Made by a program: the position numbers and the translations under genes. This document shows, piece after piece, positions 57,657 through 64,000 of a DNA stretch of 64,000 bases. Position 1 is the stretch's first letter; every line of letters begins with the position of its first letter. Under the pieces are notes generated by a model. That model had not been told where the DNA came from and did not search any database. It was given only the letters and a program-made list of their open reading frames with translations. The stretch lies in NCBI RefSeq assembly GCF_002854065.1, contig NZ_CP024147.1, one strand, 5' to 3'. The DNA comes from Escherichia coli. GTDB taxonomy: Bacteria > Pseudomonadota > Gammaproteobacteria > Enterobacterales > Enterobacteriaceae.

Positions 57657-59318
57657 ATGTTGGCACAACTGACCATCAGCAACTTTGCTATCGTTCGTGA
57701 GCTTGAGATTGATTTTCATAGCGGCATGACCGTAATAACTGGCGAAACCGGTGCGGGTAAATCTATTGCAATAGATGCCCTCGGTCTTTGTCTCGGTGGT
57801 CGCGCTGAAGCCGACATGGTGCGTACCGGCGCTGCTCGCGCTGACCTGTGCGCCCGTTTTTCTCTGAAAGATACGCCAGCGGCCCTGCGCTGGCTGGAAG
57901 AAAACCAGCTTGAAGACGGGCATGAATGTTTGCTTCGTCGCGTAATCAGCAGCGATGGTCGCTCTCGTGGTTTCATCAACGGTACAGCTGTTCCTCTGTC
58001 ACAACTGCGCGAACTGGGTCAGTTGCTCATTCAGATCCATGGTCAGCACGCTCATCAGTTACTCACCAAACCCGAGCACCAAAAATTCCTGCTTGATGGC
58101 TACGCTAATGAAACCTCTCTGCTCCAGGAAATGACCGCACGTTATCAGTTGTGGCACCAAAGCTGCCGTGACCTCGCGCATCATCAACAGTTAAGTCAGG
58201 AACGCGCTGCCCGTGCGGAACTGCTGCAATACCAATTAAAAGAACTTAACGAATTTAATCCGCAGCCCGGAGAGTTTGAGCAAATCGACGAAGAGTACAA
58301 ACGTCTGGCGAACAGCGGTCAATTGCTGACCACCAGCCAGAATGCATTGGCATTAATGGCCGACGGTGAAGACGCAAACCTGCAAAGTCAGCTTTACACG
58401 GCTAAACAACTGGTGAGCGAATTGATTGGCATGGACAGCAAACTGTCCGGCGTACTTGATATGCTGGAAGAAGCTACCATCCAGATTGTTGAAGCCAGCG
58501 ACGAACTGCGCCACTACTGCGATCGTCTGGATCTCGATCCCAACCGACTGTTTGAACTTGAACAGCGCATCTCAAAACAGATTTCGCTGGCACGTAAACA
58601 TCACGTCAGCCCTGAGACATTGCCACAGTATTACCAGTCGCTACTGGAAGAACAGCAGCAACTGGACGATCAGGCCGACTCACAAGAAACGCTCGCGCTG
58701 GCGGTAACGAAACATCATCAGCAGGCACTGGAAACGGCGCGCGCATTACACCAGCAACGCCAGCATTATGCAGAAGAACTTGAACAGCTGATCACCGACA
58801 GCATGCATGCGCTCTCAATGCCGCATGGGCAGTTTACGATTGATGTCAAATTTGACGAGCATCACCTGGGCGCTGACGGCGCCGATCGTATTGAGTTTCG
58901 GGTAACCACCAACCCAGGTCAGCCAATGCAGCCTATTGCCAAAGTCGCATCCGGTGGTGAATTGTCCCGCATCGCATTGGCAATTCAGGTCATCACGGCG
59001 CGTAAAATGGAAACCCCGGCACTGATTTTTGATGAAGTGGATGTAGGGATTAGCGGTCCAACAGCGGCAGTTGTCGGCAAACTGCTGCGTCAACTCGGCG
59101 AATCAACTCAGGTGATGTGTGTTACCCACCTGCCACAAGTCGCGGGATGTGGTCATCAACACTATTTTGTCAGCAAAGAAACCGATGGTGCGATGACAGA
59201 AACGCATATGCAATCTCTGGATAAAAAAGCGCGGTTACAAGAGCTGGCGCGCCTGCTTGGTGGCAGTGAAGTCACACGTAACACACTGGCGAATGCGAAA
59301 GAACTGCTTGCGGCGTAA
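57657..59318 (+). CDS. recN: DNA repair protein RecN (SMC-like ATPase)
   Basis: 553-aa ORF with Walker A GETGAGKS and long coiled-coil region. Confidence 0.97.
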   Translation: MLAQLTISNFAIVRELEIDFHSGMTVITGETGAGKSIAIDALGLCLGGRAEADMVRTGAARADLCARFSLKDTPAALRWLEENQLEDGHECLLRRVISSDGRSRGFINGTAVPLSQLRELGQLLIQIHGQHAHQLLTKPEHQKFLLDGYANETSLLQEMTARYQLWHQSCRDLAHHQQLSQERAARAELLQYQLKELNEFNPQPGEFEQIDEEYKRLANSGQLLTTSQNALALMADGEDANLQSQLYTAKQLVSELIGMDSKLSGVLDMLEEATIQIVEASDELRHYCDRLDLDPNRLFELEQRISKQISLARKHHVSPETLPQYYQSLLEEQQQLDDQADSQETLALAVTKHHQQALETARALHQQRQHYAEELEQLITDSMHALSMPHGQFTIDVKFDEHHLGADGADRIEFRVTTNPGQPMQPIAKVASGGELSRIALAIQVITARKMETPALIFDEVDVGISGPTAAVVGKLLRQLGESTQVMCVTHLPQVAGCGHQHYFVSKETDGAMTETHMQSLDKKARLQELARLLGGSEVTRNTLANAKELLAA

Positions 59319-59466
59319 ACTTTTTTCCTGCTTCACGGTCAGAGTAAACAGCAAAACGCCGTAAGACCGGAAAGCAAAAGGTTTTAAAGTGATGAAAGGT
59401 CTATTATCATCGGCATATTACAGATGAGCCACGTACTGCTCGGGCCCGAAAAGGAATCAAATCACT

Positions 59467-59808
59467 ATGCGCTGTAAAACGCTGACTGCTGCAGCAGCAG
59501 TACTATTGATGTTGACCGCAGGCTGTTCCACTCTGGAGCGAGTGGTTTACCGTCCTGACATCAACCAGGGGAACTATCTGACCGCTAACGACGTATCCAA
59601 AATACGTGTTGGCATGACGCAACAACAAGTTGCGTACGCATTGGGTACACCGCTGATGTCCGATCCATTTGGTACGAATACCTGGTTCTATGTCTTCCGC
59701 CAGCAACCAGGTCATGAAGGTGTAACGCAGCAAACGCTGACGCTAACCTTTAACAGTAGCGGTGTGTTGACCAATATTGATAACAAACCTGCGCTGAGTG
59801 GTAACTAA
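59467..59808 (+). CDS. bamE: Outer membrane protein assembly factor BamE (lipoprotein)
   Basis: 113-aa ORF with lipobox LTAGCS. Confidence 0.95.
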
Positions 59809-59869
59809 TAATAAAGTTGCTCTCAAAGACGTTAAAAAAGGTGCTCAATGAGCACCTTTTTTCTGTCCG

Positions 59870-60160
59870 TTATTTATTCGCTGATTTTTCTGCTCGTTGC
59901 CTGCGAAGCTCTTTCGGATCGGCAATGAGAGGGCGATAAATCTCCACCCGATCACCATCATGCACACTATCGCTTAGTTTTGCCGGACGGCTGTAAATGC
60001 CGACTTTGTTTTTAGTTAAATCGATATCGGTCCGCAATTCCAGCAAGCCACTGGCGCGAATAGCTTCTTCAACCGTCGCGCCCTCCTGCAGCGTCACGCG
60101 CTGCAGGTACTGCTTCTCAGGTAGCGCATAAGCCACCTCAACGGCAATTTTACCTGGCAC
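59870..60160 (-). CDS. ratB: UPF0125 small protein RatB (YfjF)
   Basis: ORF 59870..60244 trimmed to in-frame GTG at 60158-60160 ([20 protein letters not shown]...), 96 aa; overlaps ratA 3' end by 11 nt. Start uncertain. Confidence 0.75.
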
Positions 60161-60626
60161 TGTAAACCTCTTTCGCACGAACCGTAAAAGCCTGGACCAT
60201 ATTAGACGCCAGCTCTTTAAACACGCGACCAAAGGCGAGCTCAATCAACTTATTGGTAAACTCAAAGTCGAGATGAAACTCGATACGACACGCCTCCTGG
60301 CTCAGCGGCGTAAACTTCCATCCACCAATCAATTTCTTGAACGGCCCATCCACCAGATTCATAAGAATACTTTGGTTACTGGTCAACTGGTTGCGGGTAG
60401 TAAACGTTTTGCTGATCCCAGCCTTAGAGACATCTACCGCCGCAGTCATCTGCCCAGGAGTGGACTCCAGAATCCGACTTCCGGTACAACCCGGCAAAAA
60501 CTGAGGATAAGACTGAACGTCATTCACTAACTGATACATTTGCTCCGCGCTGTAGGGTACCAGTGCGGTCCGGCTAATCTGAGGCATAACAATTTCCATC
60601 AACAAAAATCCAACAAATAATATCAT
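60150..60626 (-). CDS. ratA: Ribosome association toxin RatA (SRPBCC/polyketide cyclase-like fold)
   Basis: 158-aa [40 protein letters not shown]... Confidence 0.88.
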   Translation of the reverse strand: MILFVGFLLMEIVMPQISRTALVPYSAEQMYQLVNDVQSYPQFLPGCTGSRILESTPGQMTAAVDVSKAGISKTFTTRNQLTSNQSILMNLVDGPFKKLIGGWKFTPLSQEACRIEFHLDFEFTNKLIELAFGRVFKELASNMVQAFTVRAKEVYSAR

Positions 60627-60757
60627 TTATCCTGCTGTAAAAAAAACGCTATCCCGGCGCTGGGTAACATCGGGTTCATGCTAAGATAGAGCCTTGTCCC
60701 CCGCAGGATTGATATGGGGTGTTTTCGATTTCAGATTACCGATGATTCACGACGCTT

Positions 60758-61240
60758 ATGACGAAGAAAAAAGCACATAAACCTGGTTCAGCGACCATCG
60801 CGCTTAACAAGCGCGCCCGTCACGAATACTTTATCGAAGAAGAGTTCGAAGCGGGACTTGCCCTGCAAGGCTGGGAAGTTAAATCCCTGCGCGCAGGAAA
60901 AGCCAATATCAGCGACAGCTACGTCCTTCTGCGTGACGGAGAGGCATTTCTGTTTGGCGCTAACATCACGCCAATGGCCGTGGCCTCCACGCATGTGGTG
61001 TGCGATCCTACCCGTACCCGCAAGTTACTTCTCAACCAGCGCGAACTGGACTCATTGTACGGTCGCGTCAATCGAGAAGGCTATACCGTAGTGGCGCTCT
61101 CCCTGTACTGGAAAAATGCCTGGTGCAAAGTGAAAATCGGCGTCGCCAAAGGTAAGAAACAGCACGATAAACGTTCAGATATCAAAGAGCGCGAATGGCA
61201 GGTGGATAAAGCGCGTATCATGAAAAATGCCCACCGTTAA
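60758..61240 (+). CDS. smpB: SsrA-binding protein SmpB
   Basis: 160-aa [48 protein letters not shown]... Confidence 0.97.
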
Positions 61241-61454
61241 ACCTGCACTCCAATTATTGACCAGTTCCTCACCGCGCCTCCCTCTCCGGCGGCGCGAATG
61301 AACATCTTATTGGTTATCACATCCGACACAAATGTTGCCATTCCATTGCTTAATCGAATAAAAATCAGGCTACATGGGTGCTAAATCTTTAACGATAACG
61401 CCATTGAGGCTGGTCATGGCGCTCATAAATCTGGTATACTTACCTTTACACATT

Positions 61455-61817
61455 GGGGCTGATTCTGGATTCGACGGGATTTGCGAAACCCAAGGTGCAT
61501 GCCGAGGGGCGGTTGGCCTCGTAAAAAGCCGCAAAAAATAGTCGCAAACGACGAAAACTACGCTTTAGCAGCTTAATAACCTGCTTAGAGCCCTCTCTCC
61601 CTAGCCTCCGCTCTTAGGACGGGGATCAAGAGAGGTCAAACCCAAAAGAGATCGCGTGGAAGCCCTGCCTGGGGTTGAAGCGTTAAAACTTAATCAGGCT
61701 AGTTTGTTAGTGGCGTGTCCGTCCGCAGCTGGCAAGCGAATGTAAAGACTGACTAAGCATGTAGTACCGAGGATGTAGGAATTTCGGACGCGGGTTCAAC
61801 TCCCGCCAGCTCCACCA
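61455..61817 (+). ncRNA. ssrA: tmRNA (SsrA), 363 nt
   Basis: Starts GGGGCTGATTCTGGATTCGACGGG, contains tag reading frame GCAAACGACGAAAACTACGCTTTAGCAGCTTAA (ANDENYALAA*), ends with tRNA-like ...GGTTCAACTCCCGCCAGCTCCACCA. Confidence 0.97.
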
Positions 61818-61862
61818 AAATTCTCCATCGGTGATTACCAGAGTCATCCGATGAAGTCCTAA

Positions 61863-61897
61863 GAGCCCGCACGGCGCAAGCCCTGCGGGCTTTTTTG
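61863..61897 (+). terminator. Rho-independent terminator after ssrA
   Basis: GC-rich hairpin (GCCCGCACGGCGCAAGCCCTGCGGGC) followed by TTTTTTGTG. Confidence 0.65.
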
Positions 61898-62020
61898 TGC
61901 CCTGAATTTGTCCCGCGAAGTCCGAAGAGAACTAATTAAATCCGAACCTTTTAGGCCCATTGATAGGCCCAACGAAAAGCTCTATTGTTTTCGTTGGGCC
62001 TAAACGCATGGAGACTCCCC

Positions 62021-63262
62021 ATGGCAAGAAAAACCAAGCCGTTAACCGATACGGAAATCAAAGCCGCCAAACCTAAAGATGCCGATTACCAGCTGTATGA
62101 TGGTGACGGGCTTACTCTGCTAATCAAGTCCAGCGGTAGTAAGCTCTGGCAGTTCCGTTACTATCGACCTCTGACCAAGCAGCGAACCAAGCAGAGCTTC
62201 GGAGCCTATCCAGCCGTCTCCCTTTCTGATGCGCGTAAACTCAGAGCTGAATCTCGAGCTTTGTTGGCGAAAGACATTGATCCTCAGGAACATCAGAAAG
62301 AACAGGTGAGAAATTCTCAAGAGGCCAAAACCAACACTTTCCGGTTAGTTGCCGAGCGTTGGTGGAATGTGAAGAAAGCCAGCGTAACAGAGGACTATGC
62401 CGACGATATCTGGCGCTCGCTTGAGAGGGATGTTCTCCCGGCAATCGGTGATATCAGTGTCACTGAGATTAAGGCTCATACTTTGGTTAAAGCAGTTCAT
62501 CCGGTTCAGGCCAGAGGTGCATTAGAGACAGTCCGCCGCCTTTGTCAGCGTATTAACGAAGTCATGATTTATGCGCAGAACACAGGCCTGATTGATGCGG
62601 TTCCCAGCGTAAACATCGGGAAAGCATTCGAGAAACCGCAAAAGAAAAACATGCCAAGCATCCACCCAGGTCAACTTCCACAGCTAATGCAGACTATGCG
62701 TACGGCAAGTATCAGCCTGTCCACACGATGCCTGTTCATGTGGCAGCTTCTCACCATCACCCGCCCTGCCGAAGCTGCTGAGGCTCGATGGGATGAGATC
62801 GATTTCGATGCTAGCGAATGGAAAATTCCAGCTGCTCGAATGAAGATGAATCGGGAGCATACGGTTCCATTATCTGATGGAGCTCTCGCTATTCTGGAAA
62901 TAATGAAGTCTCTCAGCGGTGGTCGAGAATTTATCTTTCCCAGTCGCATTAAGCCTACCCAGCCGATGAACAGCCAGACAGTAAATGCAGCCCTTAAGCG
63001 TGCTGGTTTAGGAGGCGTACTCGTTTCACACGGCTTACGTTCTATTGCCAGTACGGCACTCAATGAGGAAGGATTTCCGCCTGATGTTATTGAGGCTGCA
63101 CTTGCTCATGTAGATAAGAATGAGGTACGTCGCGCTTACAATCGAAGTGACTATCTTGAGCAACGACGACCGATGATGCAGTGGTGGGCTGATTTTGTTA
63201 AAGCAGCAGATAGCGGCAGTATCGTGAATAGTGGGGTTAGGGGAATACGTCTTGTAGGATGA
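62021..63262 (+). CDS. intA: P4-type tyrosine integrase (prophage integrase at ssrA)
   Basis: ORF 61985..63262 (TTG start) trimmed to the ATG at 62021 (MARKTKPLTDTEIKAAKPKDADYQLYDGDGLTLLIKSSGSKLWQFRYY...), 413 aa; C-terminal catalytic region with HGLRSIAST...LAH...Y. Position directly downstream of ssrA is typical of CP4-57-like islands. Confidence 0.9.
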   Translation: MARKTKPLTDTEIKAAKPKDADYQLYDGDGLTLLIKSSGSKLWQFRYYRPLTKQRTKQSFGAYPAVSLSDARKLRAESRALLAKDIDPQEHQKEQVRNSQEAKTNTFRLVAERWWNVKKASVTEDYADDIWRSLERDVLPAIGDISVTEIKAHTLVKAVHPVQARGALETVRRLCQRINEVMIYAQNTGLIDAVPSVNIGKAFEKPQKKNMPSIHPGQLPQLMQTMRTASISLSTRCLFMWQLLTITRPAEAAEARWDEIDFDASEWKIPAARMKMNREHTVPLSDGALAILEIMKSLSGGREFIFPSRIKPTQPMNSQTVNAALKRAGLGGVLVSHGLRSIASTALNEEGFPPDVIEAALAHVDKNEVRRAYNRSDYLEQRRPMMQWWADFVKAADSGSIVNSGVRGIRLVG

Positions 63263-63536
63263 ATCCTTTATCAGCACCCATTATGGGTGCTGATAACTCA
63301 CCTATAGGTAATACGGAATTTTACCCTTTGGTTTTCTTTTTTCTAGTAACCGTATTATCGAAAGCCAATTTGATACTCTCAATATTTCTTGACCAGTTTT
63401 TTATAATGGTATCTGCCAATGCATCAGGGCTCATTGTTGATATCCGATATTTTTTACTTTGATTATTAATTTCAAAATTTGGGTGATGCTGCCAACTTAC
63501 TGATTTAGTGTATGATGGTGTTTTTGAGGTGCTCCA

Positions 63537-63812
63537 GTGGCTTCTGTTTCTATCAGCTGTCCCTCCTGTTCAGCTACTGACGGGGTGGTGCGTAACGGCA
63601 AAAGCACTGCCGGACATCAGCGCTATCTCTGCTCTCACTGCCGTAAAACATGGCAACTGCAGTTCACTTACACCGCTTCTCAACCCGGTACGCACCAGAA
63701 AATCATTGATATGGCCATGAATGGCGTTGGATGCCGGGCAACCGCCCGCATTATGGGCGTTGGCCTCAACACGATTTTCCGCCATTTAAAAAACTCAGGC
63801 CGCAGTCGGTAA
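63537..63812 (+). CDS. insA: IS1 transposition regulator InsA
   Basis: 91-aa [46 protein letters not shown]... (zinc-finger + HTH); A6C slippery run TTAAAAAACTC near its 3' end. Confidence 0.93.
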   Translation: MASVSISCPSCSATDGVVRNGKSTAGHQRYLCSHCRKTWQLQFTYTASQPGTHQKIIDMAMNGVGCRATARIMGVGLNTIFRHLKNSGRSR

Positions 63813-64000
63813 CCTCGCGCATACAGCCGGGCAGTGACGTCATCGTCTGCGCGGAAATGGACGAACAGTGGGGATACGTCGGGGCTAAATCGCGCCAGCG
63901 CTGGCTGTTTTACGCGTATGACAGGCTCCGGAAGACGGTTGTTGCGCACGTATTCGGTGAACGCACTATGGCGACGCTGGGGCGTCTTATGAGCCTGCTG
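63731..64000 (+). CDS. insB: IS1 transposase InsB (partial, 5' part; -1 frame relative to insA)
   Basis: From ATG at 63731: [90 protein letters not shown]... open to window end. Confidence 0.8.
   Translation, partial: MPGNRPHYGRWPQHDFPPFKKLRPQSVTSRIQPGSDVIVCAEMDEQWGYVGAKSRQRWLFYAYDRLRKTVVAHVFGERTMATLGRLMSLL

Larger units (their letters stand above)
63482..64000 (+). mobile_element. IS1 insertion sequence, left end (partial; continues beyond window)
   Basis: Terminal inverted repeat GGTGATGCTGCCAACTTACTGATTTAGTGTATGATGGTG at 63482 followed by insA and the start of insB; IS1 is about 768 bp, so roughly the last 250 bp lie outside the window. Confidence 0.92.

Noticed and set aside
61985-62020. 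12-codon N-terminal extension of intA from a TTG start
   Set aside because: The TTG lies inside the loop and right arm of the 15-bp upstream palindrome with no SD; the ATG at 62021 gives the expected 413-aa integrase.
63259-63462. 67-aa plus-strand ORF after intA (MNPLSAPIMGADNSP...)
   Set aside because: Starts inside the intA stop region, spans a 13-bp hairpin, has no SD and is very AT-rich; more likely non-coding. The minus-strand fragment running into IS1 is the better coding candidate.

Overview
This window is a contiguous stretch of Escherichia coli-type (E. coli/Shigella) core chromosome, recognised by reading the ORF translations and RNA sequences from memory; no database search was run. 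It runs from inside purL (5' part, minus strand) through mltF, tadA, pgpC, yfhH, yfhL, the shoB/ohsC type I toxin-antitoxin locus, acpS-pdxJ-recO-era-rnc, lepB-lepA, rseCBA-rpoE, nadB, trmN(yfiC), srmB, yfiE, eamB, grcA, ung, yfiF, trxC, yfiP, patZ(pka/yfiQ), pssA, yfiM, kgtP, a complete rRNA operon in the rrnG context (16S, tRNA-Glu, 23S, 5S, minus strand), clpB, yfiH(pgeF), rluD, bamD, raiA, pheL-pheA, tyrA-aroF, yfiL, yfiR-dgcN-yfiB, rplS-trmD-rimM-rpsP, ffh, ypjD, yfjD, grpE, nadK, recN, bamE, ratB-ratA, smpB and ssrA (tmRNA). The right end carries a P4-type integrase (intA-like) next to ssrA, followed about 220 bp later by the left end of an IS1 element that runs off the window. All core genes look intact and of expected length; no CRISPR array and no frameshifted pseudogene was seen. 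I do not find evidence for a previously undescribed system: every long ORF is accounted for by a known gene or is an antisense artefact. The only accessory content is the ssrA-adjacent integrase/IS1 junction (about 61.8-64.0 kb), where an ORF fragment appears truncated by IS1 and two strong palindromes flank the integrase gene. Several ORF-track entries carry N-terminal extensions; coordinates below are trimmed to the start I judge most likely, and start positions are less certain than gene identity.
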